NCBI GenBank assembly: GCA_038108555.1 | Contig: JAYNIA010000007.1 | Coordinates: 15,903 to 69,737 of the forward strand | Origin: Nitrospinota bacterium | GTDB lineage: Bacteria > Nitrospinota > Nitrospinia > Nitrospinales > VA-1 | DNA: 53,835 bases | Reading direction: 5' to 3' | Shown here: piece after piece, positions 40,757-50,271 of the stretch | How the letters are laid out: the number at the start of each line of letters is the position of its first letter | Position numbering within the stretch: the stretch's first letter is position 1 | Translations under genes and position numbers: made by a program | Notes under the pieces: generated by a model | What the model saw: only the letters and a program-made list of their open reading frames with translations | Database searches by the model: none | What the model was told of the DNA's origin: nothing

Positions 40757-41761
40757 TTATTCACCTTTAAAAGTGGTGCGAAGATACGCTATGACATCCG
40801 CCAGGCTTTGCTTGGACAAGGTCAAGCCCCAATCCGGCATATTGGGTGATTTTCCCACACTTTTACCTCCATAAAATATGAGATTGTAAAGGTAATCATC
40901 CGGGTAGTCACTTAAAGGCAGTTCTGCATGAACGGCGGGTTTTGGGTCGAGGCCTTTAGCGCCGGGGCCATCCCCTCTCCCTGTTTTTCCATGGCATTGC
41001 ACACAATACTCTTTATAAACCTGTGCTCCTCTTTCTGAATCCGCGTTCTGGAATTCTTTCGATTTCCAGGGTTCATAATATTTAAATTCCTTTACCCCCA
41101 AAGTCATAACATAGCCAATTAAATGGCGTGCTTTTCTCATACTGATATCCGCAAGATATTCTCCGCTATGCGGGGTAAAGTCCTGCGGGTTTTCTGCAAA
41201 GCGACTCCACCAATCGAGGGAATACCTGTTTCCAGCATCGAAAAGAGTTGCGCTGATTGGACCGCCAATCAGTTTCCCATCATCATCTTTTATTTGATGG
41301 CAACCCAAACAAGAATATTCTTTGAACAACCCGGCACCCAGGGTCGATTCCATTTCTGTGAAGGTAGACATATCCACAAAACTTTTTTTAACACGGGAAT
41401 CCAAGAGGTTTTTTTCCATATAGTCGGCCACAATCTTCGCTTCTTCCTGAGTCAGGATCATATGCTTCAAGGACAAACGCAATTTATCCCAACGATATCC
41501 ATTGGGATAGAGATTTTCTTCCTGGCCCAACAAACGCCTTTCCAACCATGCCCGTTGGTATTTAACACCGCCCCACATTAAATCGGGAGCTTTGAGTTCA
41601 AATTTTGTTTTTGGTTTACCTTCAAATCGATGACAGCCTTTACACTGGCTATTGATTATTTTCTCTGCATAATCATCATCCCCTGCCCAAAGAGATGACG
41701 GCAAAAATAAGCTGAGGAATAGAAAGTAAAAAAATGAAAAAGTTTTCGATTGTTTAAACAT
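40757..41761 (-). CDS. Exported triheme cytochrome c
   Basis: Signal peptide; CKGCH, CLGCH and CVQCH. Confidence 0.9.
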   Translation of the reverse strand: MFKQSKTFSFFYFLFLSLFLPSSLWAGDDDYAEKIINSQCKGCHRFEGKPKTKFELKAPDLMWGGVKYQRAWLERRLLGQEENLYPNGYRWDKLRLSLKHMILTQEEAKIVADYMEKNLLDSRVKKSFVDMSTFTEMESTLGAGLFKEYSCLGCHQIKDDDGKLIGGPISATLFDAGNRYSLDWWSRFAENPQDFTPHSGEYLADISMRKARHLIGYVMTLGVKEFKYYEPWKSKEFQNADSERGAQVYKEYCVQCHGKTGRGDGPGAKGLDPKPAVHAELPLSDYPDDYLYNLIFYGGKSVGKSPNMPDWGLTLSKQSLADVIAYLRTTFKGE

Positions 41762-41811
41762 ATTTTTTCTCTCCGGGTTAACCTAAAAATTTTTCCAAAA
41801 TAAAATTCCGA

Positions 41812-42315
41812 TCAAGTTTCAAGAAATCTTCGGATATATAAAATGAGTTGCCAGGTCTGCTCCTTGTTTATGGAAAATTTATGCGCAGGCATGGCCGTTC
41901 CCTTTGAGCCGTTCTGGATAATCCAAAACAACTGCCCGTCTGACAAGTCCTCCATCACCTGGCCACAGGTAAAGTTTCTCGGAGGCGGCTCCATTCCTCT
42001 TGCCAGCCTTCCATTTCCGTTTCCACGGGTTCCATGACAAAGTTTACAGGCAGTCGGCTTGGCATCTTTTACAAACAGGTTTTTGCCTTTTTCAATATTC
42101 TCTTTGGTTGGCGGCAAGGGATTCTTTTTTTTCCGGTATCTACCGGGAGCTGATTTAGTTTTCCTGTTTTGTGGACAAATCCCTGAAACCGTCTTTATAA
42201 TTTTTGCCGATTCAAATCCTGAACCATTAGAAGAGATAGATTCGTTTTTAAATGCCAGAGGAGGATTGGAAATTAAACCCGCCATCAACCCAAAAACCAC
42301 GGCCCATTTTGACAT
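41812..42315 (-). CDS. Exported monoheme cytochrome c
   Basis: CKLCH and GTAMPA; paralogue of the 37078 and 42315 genes. Confidence 0.9.
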   Translation of the reverse strand: MSKWAVVFGLMAGLISNPPLAFKNESISSNGSGFESAKIIKTVSGICPQNRKTKSAPGRYRKKKNPLPPTKENIEKGKNLFVKDAKPTACKLCHGTRGNGNGRLARGMEPPPRNFTCGQVMEDLSDGQLFWIIQNGSKGTAMPAHKFSINKEQTWQLILYIRRFLET

Positions 42316-42875
42316 TAGCGCTTCTTAAGTTTCGGTTTGGAAAACTCCCTTATGTAATGGACTATCAGCCAGATTTCCCGATCGCTCAAATTCTTAAAGG
42401 CTGGCATTCCAGTACCTGGAGAGCCATTGCGGATGATCCAAAACAACTGCCCGTCGGAAATGGTTTTCATGGTTTCACTGCAGGTGAAGTTTCGGGGGGG
42501 AGGGTTCAATCCCTGCGCCATAATTCCAAATCCATTTCCGGTTACACCGTGGCATATCTTGCAAGCAGTCGGCTGAACTTCGACCTGAAACAACGATTCA
42601 CCGGCATAAAGAAGTTCAGGTGTTTTTTTTATTGGATTCTTTTGTTTAATTATATTATCCGGTGCCTGCACGGTGGTTCTCATTTGCGGGCAAAATCCTT
42701 TCCCAATAAACCCCTGGCCATGGTGCCCCTGAAAAGCACGGGAATGGCGCCTTCTTCCAAGACCCATTTGTCCTGCCCATACCTCTAAAACCTCGCTCGA
42801 AATAAAAAATACTGAAAAAAGAAATACGCCAAAGACGATTCGATTCGTTTTTCGACTCGGGATCTTGGAGTTCAT
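42315..42875 (-). CDS. Exported monoheme cytochrome c
   Basis: CKICH and GTGMPA; TAATG coupling to the next gene. Confidence 0.9.
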   Translation of the reverse strand: MNSKIPSRKTNRIVFGVFLFSVFFISSEVLEVWAGQMGLGRRRHSRAFQGHHGQGFIGKGFCPQMRTTVQAPDNIIKQKNPIKKTPELLYAGESLFQVEVQPTACKICHGVTGNGFGIMAQGLNPPPRNFTCSETMKTISDGQLFWIIRNGSPGTGMPAFKNLSDREIWLIVHYIREFSKPKLKKR

Positions 42876-42884
42876 GGATTTTCT

Positions 42885-43325
42885 CTATTTACCCTCTTCA
42901 TTATCATTCGCAAAGGTCCGGATAAAATGAATTACGCTCCAGCCTTCTTCTTCATTAATTCCCTTACCTACCCTTACAGGCATCCCTGTTCCCGGACTGC
43001 CGTTTCTTAGAACCCACATCAGTTCACCATCTGTCCTGATTTCCTGCCATTTTTTATCTGTAAAATCCCTCGGAGAATGGCCGGGCACTTTCGCTCCCTG
43101 GCCATTATTACTATGGCAGGTTACACAGAGGCCCTTGCCATAAAAAATCTCTTTTCCCAATTCGATTCTCTCAGGAGTCGCCGGATAGGGGTTATCCATA
43201 TCCTGCAATTCCTCAAGAAGCTCAGGAGGAACACGGGGTTGGTAAATATCCTCATGGAACGCGTCCAATCTTCCCCATTGCAAAACAAGGAGAACAAAAC
43301 AGATCCAGAAAATGGTTCTTCGCAT
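42885..43325 (-). CDS. Exported monoheme cytochrome c
   Basis: Signal peptide; CVTCH, PRDFT, DGELMW and GTGMP motifs. Confidence 0.9.
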   Translation of the reverse strand: MRRTIFWICFVLLVLQWGRLDAFHEDIYQPRVPPELLEELQDMDNPYPATPERIELGKEIFYGKGLCVTCHSNNGQGAKVPGHSPRDFTDKKWQEIRTDGELMWVLRNGSPGTGMPVRVGKGINEEEGWSVIHFIRTFANDNEEGK

Positions 43326-43364
43326 TTAAAATCACGTATAAATCAGAAAACCAAAGCAGCTATT

Positions 43365-43910
43365 TTATTGAGGCGTTACTTTTCTCACCAGCCTCAGGAA
43401 AGCGTCCACACCGGAAATTTTATCCTGGTAGGCCTTTCCACCCTCATCTTTAAAGGAAACAGCAATGGCTTTATTTATTTTTTCATCACTGGTCCAAGTG
43501 CTCCAGCCCGCCCCTTTGGGAAACATGCTATCTAAAAATATTTTATCCCCATCCTTATCGGTGTTTCTTTTTCTACGGTCATACAAAGTGGCTGCCTCTT
43601 CGGCAGTTGGCATTCTCCAATCCTCGTATCCTGCAAAATTTTTATGCCTCATCTTTTGAGCATATTCTCTAGCCGTATACCAGTTGACCCATTTCGCCTC
43701 CAACTGCCAATAATCCTTCTCCATCCACAATAAATTGGTTTTGCGGTCAAGGACAGTTCCATCACCAAATTTTGCGAATCGCTTGTCAGCGGATTCTGCA
43801 ATCGGTTCTTTCTGCTCCATAGAAAAAGAACTAGATGACGCAAATAACATCAGGAAGAACATGAATGTTCCCGTAATCAGTTTCGATTCACGCAACATTT
43901 CCAACTCCAT
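43365..43910 (-). CDS. Exported DUF1566 (Lcl C-terminal-like) domain protein
   Basis: GDGTVLDRKTNLLW, W..A..Y, FAGYEDWRMPTAEE and terminal LRLVR. Confidence 0.85.
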   Translation of the reverse strand: MELEMLRESKLITGTFMFFLMLFASSSSFSMEQKEPIAESADKRFAKFGDGTVLDRKTNLLWMEKDYWQLEAKWVNWYTAREYAQKMRHKNFAGYEDWRMPTAEEAATLYDRRKRNTDKDGDKIFLDSMFPKGAGWSTWTSDEKINKAIAVSFKDEGGKAYQDKISGVDAFLRLVRKVTPQ

Positions 43911-44040
43911 AATAATGTGCAGTTCATTTAATGATCGTTTTAATTCTACCTACTTGCCAGACCTAAGTAAACGGGGAAATCGGGTTGAACCCTGGAAACT
44001 GATTGGGTAGAATAACGTAATAATTCCAAAGGTTTTTCCA

Positions 44041-44676
44041 ATGAAATCCCAAACACATATTTTCAAACTTTTGTTCCTCGCCGGGTTGGTTGTTTTATTT
44101 TCAACCACGAGCTCCATTGCAAAACCCAAAGATAAAGAGCGATGGAACAAGAAATATGATACCGAGGTCTACCTCTTCGGCGAAAAACCCATTCCCTTCC
44201 TTGTAAATAATATTGACATCCTCCGCAGGGGCAAAGCTCTTGATGTGGCTATGGGCGAAGGCAGGAACGGGGTTTATCTAGCAACGCAGGGATTCGATGT
44301 AACGGGGCTCGACATTTCCGAGAAAGGATTGGAAAAAGCAAATGCCCTTGCCGCAAAAAATAACGTAACCATTAAAACAAAAGTTGTTGATCTGGAAAAT
44401 GTCAAACTGGAACCAAACAGCTATGACCTCATCCTTTGCACTTACTATATGGACCGGGAGCTTTATAAAAAATTCTATGACGCTCTCAAACCCGGGGGGA
44501 TGGTCCTGGTCGAAACCTATAACATCGATTACTTGAAGTACCGAAGGTTCAATGCCAAATGGGCTCTGGATATCAATGAACTTCTCGAAATTTTCAAAGG
44601 TATGCGAGTTCTCAGGTATCAGGATTACGACGATGCAAGAGAAGCTTACTCCAGTATTATCGCCCAAAAACCCTGA
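44041..44676 (+). CDS. Class I SAM-dependent methyltransferase (TehB-like) with N-terminal hydrophobic leader
   Basis: ERWNKKY, ALDVAMGEGRN, GLDIS and LKPGG motifs. Confidence 0.88.
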   Translation: MKSQTHIFKLLFLAGLVVLFSTTSSIAKPKDKERWNKKYDTEVYLFGEKPIPFLVNNIDILRRGKALDVAMGEGRNGVYLATQGFDVTGLDISEKGLEKANALAAKNNVTIKTKVVDLENVKLEPNSYDLILCTYYMDRELYKKFYDALKPGGMVLVETYNIDYLKYRRFNAKWALDINELLEIFKGMRVLRYQDYDDAREAYSSIIAQKP

Positions 44677-44688
44677 CCTCTCCTCTTT

Positions 44689-45669
44689 GTGAGTTCTCCG
44701 CAAAAATTTTTTGTAACCCTCGCGAATCTATTTCCTCTCTGGGTTCTTACCGGTGCGGGCTTGGCTTTGTGGAAACCGGAAACCGCCACTTGGTTTCAAC
44801 CAACATGGATTCCCTATTTCCTGGCCATCATCATGCTGAGCATGGGATTGACCCTGAGCTTTGATGATTTTTCAAGGGTGCTAAAAATCCCAAAATCCAT
44901 TCTATTGGGAGTGGGGTTGCAATACACCATCATGCCTTTTCTAGGATACGCCCTGGCCCGACTTTTTCATCTGCCGATCGATTTTGTTATTGGCCTGGTT
45001 TTAGTCGCGTGTTGTCCCGGAGGAACCGCTTCAAACGTGGTCTGTTTTATTGCAAAAACAAATATTGCCCTTTCAGTGAGCCTGACTACCGTTTCCACTT
45101 TACTTGCAGTCATATTCACGCCTGTCCTGACCACCCTTTGGGTAGAATCTCTTTCAATTGAACTTACAGGATTAACGGTAGATGTGGACACGCTGGGTTT
45201 GTTGATGAAAACCGTCAAAGTGGTAATCCTTCCTATTGTGGCTGGAGTTTTATTGAACCGGTATTTTAATCCATTGGTAAAACGGGTCGAATCCTACACA
45301 CCCTTTTTAGCGGTACTTTCTATCGTGTTCATTGTTGATTTTATTCTTGCAGCCAAGAAAGATGCGATTCTGAAAATAGGCATTCCCTTGATTGGAGCGG
45401 TAGTGCTGTTACATTTTTTTGGATTTCTTCTGGGATATTTTTTGTCTCGCGGATTAAAGTTTGAAGAAAAGGACGCTCAAACCGTTTCCATTGAGGTGGG
45501 AATGCAAAATTCCGGACTTGCGACCGAACTCGCAAGGAGTAACTTCTCAAACTATGGATTGGCAACCGTACCGGGAGCCATTTCCGCGCTCACTCATTGC
45601 ATCCTCGGTAGCATTGCTGCCGGGTTATGCCGCTACTCGCCCACTAGTGTGGGACGCAAAGTGCAATAA
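44689..45669 (+). CDS. Bile acid:sodium symporter family transporter
   Basis: QYTIMP, CCPGGTASNV and SIEVGMQNSGLA motifs. Confidence 0.92.
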   Translation: MSSPQKFFVTLANLFPLWVLTGAGLALWKPETATWFQPTWIPYFLAIIMLSMGLTLSFDDFSRVLKIPKSILLGVGLQYTIMPFLGYALARLFHLPIDFVIGLVLVACCPGGTASNVVCFIAKTNIALSVSLTTVSTLLAVIFTPVLTTLWVESLSIELTGLTVDVDTLGLLMKTVKVVILPIVAGVLLNRYFNPLVKRVESYTPFLAVLSIVFIVDFILAAKKDAILKIGIPLIGAVVLLHFFGFLLGYFLSRGLKFEEKDAQTVSIEVGMQNSGLATELARSNFSNYGLATVPGAISALTHCILGSIAAGLCRYSPTSVGRKVQ

Positions 45670-45709
45670 CTTTGTCTGAAAAAAAATTTTCCGGTCTAGA
45701 AACATTTCC

Positions 45710-46762
45710 TCAAGAAGTAGTCTTGAACATTCCCCAATCCATTACCTGCTCTGCTTTGATATTTTTTTTGCAGGTTTTTCCAATCACGGAATTAAGCTCA
45801 GAAGCTGGAATCCCCGTACCCGGACGTTTGCAGGAAACCATTTCAGGAGTGATCACGGTCCCCGCAGATATTTCCACACGGGCGACAAGGCTTCTGCGAG
45901 CCGATTGTTTAACGGGAACCTCTGAAGGTTGAATTTCCTTTTTTTCTTCTCCAAGAGCAAGGCAAACACTATCAAGCCCTTCTCTTAAATTTTTTAAATC
46001 CTGTGGCTCCATAGATATGGATTGATCAACCCCGGGTAAACTCCGATCCGTTGTAAAATGTTTTTCTACCAGCACCGCTCCCAAAGAAGCTGCAACCAAT
46101 GCAGATAAATTATCCATCGTATGGTCAGACAAACCTACCGGAACATTGAATTTCGATTGCATGGCTTCAAGACATTTCAGATTCATCTCTTCGTATTTGG
46201 ATGGATAATTGGAAACGCAATGCAAAAGAATCACTGGACAGGTGGGTTTTAAAATTCCCAGCGCCTGGGAAATCTCTTCCTCATCTCCCATACCCGTGGA
46301 AAGCACCACGGGCAGTCCTGTTTTCGCAACCTTCTCCAGAAAAGGCAAATAGGTAAGATCGGGAGAAGCTATTTTTATTGCGGGAACACCTAAATCAACA
46401 AGCAACTCCAGCGATGCATCGTCAAAGGGAGTTGAAAACAGGGGAATGTTTAAACTTTTTGCGTAAGCAAAAAGTGTTTCATAATCGGAACGGGAAAGCT
46501 CGTAACGCTGAAAAAATTCATAAAAAGGAATTTCATTTCCGGGATTGTCTGGATCGTCTGCGATCAGATTGTTCGCGATCATTTCCTTCGCAACGAAGGT
46601 TTGCAGCTTGACGGCATCGGCACCATTTTCAGCAGCAACTTGAATCATTTTTTTTGCAAGCTCAACATCACCATTGTGGTTGAACCCGACTTCGGCAACA
46701 ATAAACGCAGGCTTGCCGGAACCAAGAAGCTTACCGCAAAATTCAATGTTCTGATTTTTCAT
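45710..46762 (-). CDS. NeuB/SpsE-family nonulosonic acid synthase with SAF domain
   Basis: AEVGFNHNG, KIASPD, LSTGM, LHCVSNYP, SDHT, EKHFT and KRPGTG motifs. Confidence 0.92.
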   Translation of the reverse strand: MKNQNIEFCGKLLGSGKPAFIVAEVGFNHNGDVELAKKMIQVAAENGADAVKLQTFVAKEMIANNLIADDPDNPGNEIPFYEFFQRYELSRSDYETLFAYAKSLNIPLFSTPFDDASLELLVDLGVPAIKIASPDLTYLPFLEKVAKTGLPVVLSTGMGDEEEISQALGILKPTCPVILLHCVSNYPSKYEEMNLKCLEAMQSKFNVPVGLSDHTMDNLSALVAASLGAVLVEKHFTTDRSLPGVDQSISMEPQDLKNLREGLDSVCLALGEEKKEIQPSEVPVKQSARRSLVARVEISAGTVITPEMVSCKRPGTGIPASELNSVIGKTCKKNIKAEQVMDWGMFKTTS

Positions 46763-46940
46763 AAGGAATATTTAATCGCTGAAAGGAAGACCGGGTAGCT
46801 GCTCCGACAATAGGAAGATTACCCAAAATGCGACTCAGGAAATTTGAGTCCAGTCCCTGTTTAAATCATTACAAGTTCTGGACGGCTTATTATACACTAG
46901 GCTTTACAATTATTTTAATCTCTAAAGAGGAGAAAGGGCC

Positions 46941-47219
46941 TTGCAGTACAAAGTACTTGTAGCAGCAGAATTTAAAGGTATCAGCGAAAACGCATTGGCA
47001 GAAGTGACTGGCAGACTGGAAGAACATGGGCTGGAAAAAATCCCCACCCTGACTTCTACCTGGGAGTTTGCCTGTGAAGCAGAAGACGAGTCGGATGCCA
47101 AAGACAACGCCATTCAAGCATTCATAAATGTTGTCCGAACTCATCCCTGTGAATTGGGACTGGTGGTCCAGGCCGGAACTTCTCAAATATTGAGGCGGAA
47201 GAAAAAGTTTGATCCCTGA
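46941..47219 (+). CDS. Hypothetical protein (92 aa)
   Basis: TTG start with GAGGAG SD; globular-looking composition; fills the gap before the radical SAM gene. Confidence 0.7.
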   Translation: MQYKVLVAAEFKGISENALAEVTGRLEEHGLEKIPTLTSTWEFACEAEDESDAKDNAIQAFINVVRTHPCELGLVVQAGTSQILRRKKKFDP

Positions 47220-47337
47220 GATATATTCGAAGTCCCTGTGGTATCATAAGTAATCGCTTCAATTTGTATACAAATTAACCTCTGTATAAGGAATTTAACT
47301 GCCATCTGGCCCTGAAAACACCTTAGGGAGAATAATT

Positions 47338-48456
47338 TTGAATATCATATTGAACAGTTATTGCAACCTAACATGCAATTACTGTTTTGCAGATGAATAC
47401 ATGGAAGAGACGGTAAAAACGCCGGGAAAGTCGATGGAATTCGATTTTTTCCAGAACGAGTTCCTTCCGAAAATCAAGAATACCCCTATTATTAATTTCA
47501 TGGGAGGGGAGCCGACTCTGCATCCTCGGTTCAATGAGATTTTTCGCAACACCTACAATGAAATTTTGCCCTATTCCCACTTAAGTGTTTTTACCAATGG
47601 CCTGATGCCAGACAAGGTTTTGGATTTAATGCTTGAGCTGGCGGGACCCAACGGAGCAAGGAATAAAAATGTCGTCTTCGCTATTCTTCTAAACTGGCAA
47701 ACCCTGGAAAACATCTCTGAAAAAAATCACGAGCGCTGTAAGGAAGTTGCGGAGAAAATGCTTCGAGTGAATGGGTACAGTGTCACCTTCAGCATTAACT
47801 TGTATTCCAAAGACCAGGAACTGGAAAAACAATGTGAAGAAATAGACATCATCTACCAAAAAGCCGGACTACCAAAAGACAAACTTTATAAAGTTAGAGT
47901 CAGTCCCGCCTTTCCAATTATTGGTGGCGAAGCCAATATCTATCTTCCTATTCGGGATTACCCCAAGGTGGGTCGGCAAATGCTGAGAATCCTGGAACGG
48001 TTTCCACAAATGTGTTTCCGGTTCGACTGTTCGTTCCCACCCTGCTTTCTCGACGAAATTGAGGAATCGCAATTTGGATTGACCGACAGGTTTTATTTTC
48101 ATGGCAACAAACAATTGCCGCCCACGGAGGAATGGAAGAATAACGACTACTATTTTGGCTGTGCGGACGGTAGCCCCATGGATATCGATTCGAAAGGGGA
48201 TTGTTTCAACTGTTTCCCGTTCCACAATTTAAAACTTGGAAACGTATCCGATTTCAAGGAGATGAATTCCATCGCAATGGCGAAAATGGGATCGAAATTT
48301 TTGAACACCGTATTCGACAAAACCCAGGCTAAAGAACCCTGCAGGTCCTGCCCCCATTATATGGTTCGCTGTACCAGTGGATGTTTTGCCTACAACTTTA
48401 TTGATGAAGAAGCGGAACAACTTGCAGCAGGTGCTAAAGAATCCGGTTCAGTTTAA
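47338..48456 (+). CDS. Radical SAM protein with SPASM-type C-terminus
   Basis: CNLTCNYC, GGEPTLHP, C-x13-C..C and CRSC-x5-CTSGC. Confidence 0.88.
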   Translation: MNIILNSYCNLTCNYCFADEYMEETVKTPGKSMEFDFFQNEFLPKIKNTPIINFMGGEPTLHPRFNEIFRNTYNEILPYSHLSVFTNGLMPDKVLDLMLELAGPNGARNKNVVFAILLNWQTLENISEKNHERCKEVAEKMLRVNGYSVTFSINLYSKDQELEKQCEEIDIIYQKAGLPKDKLYKVRVSPAFPIIGGEANIYLPIRDYPKVGRQMLRILERFPQMCFRFDCSFPPCFLDEIEESQFGLTDRFYFHGNKQLPPTEEWKNNDYYFGCADGSPMDIDSKGDCFNCFPFHNLKLGNVSDFKEMNSIAMAKMGSKFLNTVFDKTQAKEPCRSCPHYMVRCTSGCFAYNFIDEEAEQLAAGAKESGSV

Positions 48457-48829
48457 CTTCCTGGCAAATAATCCCAACATGAAACCCTTCGTAGGTTTCA
48501 ACAGGGCCAAACACTTTCCCCTTGTTTAACGACATATCGTCAACACCCTTCATAATAAAATCATTGAGTTCTTCATTGCTCAATGTTTTGAATCCTCCAC
48601 GAGGTTGACGCGGGTCATTCTTGTTCCAGCCCACTTCCAACCAACCCAGGTTTCCTCCATCCTCCTTAGATGCCGAACAAATGCTGTATTTTCCTGCCAG
48701 TTTCATCAACATTTGAACCCGGGCAGTTTCATTGGGTAAAGGTTCAATAGTTTCTATCAAAAGGTCGGCCACTTCTTTTTTGTCGACCAGAATATGACGT
48801 ATCTGTATTTGATGGGTCGCTCCCGCCAT
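48434..48829 (-). CDS. Parvulin (PpiC-type) peptidyl-prolyl isomerase
   Basis: RHILV, LAGKYSICSAS..GGNLGW and GPVETYEGFH motifs. Confidence 0.85.
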   Translation of the reverse strand: MAGATHQIQIRHILVDKKEVADLLIETIEPLPNETARVQMLMKLAGKYSICSASKEDGGNLGWLEVGWNKNDPRQPRGGFKTLSNEELNDFIMKGVDDMSLNKGKVFGPVETYEGFHVGIICQEVKLNRIL

Positions 48830-49054
48830 GTTTCCCTCATAGTTTAAAAATGAAAGATGTAAATATATAGGATTTACTCCTCAATTTCCACCCGCTAACG
48901 CGGGTAGCAACTGACCACACCATTTTGAAAAACGAGGGAAATTAAAGATAAAAGCTTTAAAACCAAAGCCAGCCTCTCAGGAATGGACCTTTTAACCCCA
49001 CGCCAAGTGGAAGGACTTGATGAGGCATCGGGTTTAGGGTATTTTTACGGACTT

Positions 49055-49639
49055 ATGAGTGAAAACAATTCAAAAATAGTATTGGCATCCCAGTCTCCCA
49101 GACGCTTGGAACTTTTGAAAGAAATTGTCCCTCAGTTTGAGGTTGCTCCAAGTTCCATTGAAGAAGTTTTGGACATTGGGTTTCGCCCAGAAGAAAATGC
49201 CAGAAACATAGCATGTGCCAAAGCCGAATCGGTTGCTCCGAATTTTCCTGACTGCTGGGTCATTGGGGCTGACACTCTGGTAACCCTGGACGATGAAATT
49301 TTTCAAAAACCCAAAGATGAAAAAGATGCCGAACGTATCCTGAAAAGATTGAGCAGCAGGGAACATCTTGTGATCACCGGGATTTGTGTTATCGGCCCTG
49401 AAAAAACACGCGCCAAACCCGTTATCTCAAAAGTGAGAATAAAATCTCTGACCGACCAGGAAATAAAGGATTACATCGCCACCGGAGAACCCATGGATAA
49501 AGCGGGAGCCTATGCGATCCAAGGTAAAGGAAGCTTTATGGTTCGTTCCTTCTCAGGTTCAAAAACGAATATCATTGGGCTTCCTTTGGAAGAACTAAAA
49601 ATCCTACTCAAAAAAACCCGCTACCCCTTCTCGTCTTAG
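49055..49639 (+). CDS. maf: Maf-family nucleoside triphosphate pyrophosphatase
   Basis: LASQSPRR, GADT, EPMDKAGAYAIQG and NIIGLP motifs; ATG 49055 preferred. Confidence 0.93.
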   Translation: MSENNSKIVLASQSPRRLELLKEIVPQFEVAPSSIEEVLDIGFRPEENARNIACAKAESVAPNFPDCWVIGADTLVTLDDEIFQKPKDEKDAERILKRLSSREHLVITGICVIGPEKTRAKPVISKVRIKSLTDQEIKDYIATGEPMDKAGAYAIQGKGSFMVRSFSGSKTNIIGLPLEELKILLKKTRYPFSS

Positions 49640-49704
49640 AGCCAAATGGTTGGGACATATATTACCAACCATTCTCATCAATACTTTCTACCAAGGAGAC
49701 CGAG

Positions 49705-49773
49705 ACCCTTCGATAAACTCAGGATAACGTTTCGAGAACCTCTTAAATATGTCATGCTGAGCTTGTCGAAACA
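49705..49773. repeat. Inverted pair of REP-like elements (REPIN-like)
   Basis: ACCCTTCGATAAACTCAGGATAAC (49705-49728) and inverted GTCATGCTGAGCTTGTCGAA (49751-49770); related copy at 4770-4793. Confidence 0.65.
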
Positions 49774-50043
49774 TCTCGCCTTTACTGATTGCTGACTTAT
49801 GCAAATGCTCTTTTACTTAAAGTACTCAAAAATTTCATCCCCTAGAGTATCCAAAAAACCGTTAATATAATTCCTGCGGGCTTTGCCCGCCAGAAAGTCC
49901 TTGACAATTCAATGGTTTTAGGCGTTTTTAAATCTAATTAATATTGAAATTAACTTGCGCAAACCTGCAGATTATAATTAATTTATTATACGTATTAATT
50001 AAAGCCATCAAAAAAGGCTCATGCTTAATTCAGGAAAAGAAGG

Positions 50044-50271
50044 ATGAATAAGAATCAAAATATTCATGAAATACATGGTAGTTGTCCCAAATGCCAGGCA
50101 CCTTTATTTTTAAACCATACAATGGACTGGTATGGCAATTCTATTGTAACTCTAAATTGCTGGAATGGGCATTACCAGTGGATTGATATTGAGAATTTGG
50201 ATGCTCATGAAGATCTGACACCTGAAACGAAGCGCGATCTGGTAACTCATATAAGTTTTTTTAATTTGTAA
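50044..50271 (+). CDS. Small putative zinc-ribbon protein
   Basis: CPKC...CWNGH; stop overlaps the next ATG (TAATG). Confidence 0.65.
   Translation: MNKNQNIHEIHGSCPKCQAPLFLNHTMDWYGNSIVTLNCWNGHYQWIDIENLDAHEDLTPETKRDLVTHISFFNL

Noticed and set aside
46790..46890. glmS ribozyme upstream of the neuB-like gene
   Set aside because: Only loose resemblance (CCAGAACT); the conserved AGCGCC and GACGAGG core is absent.
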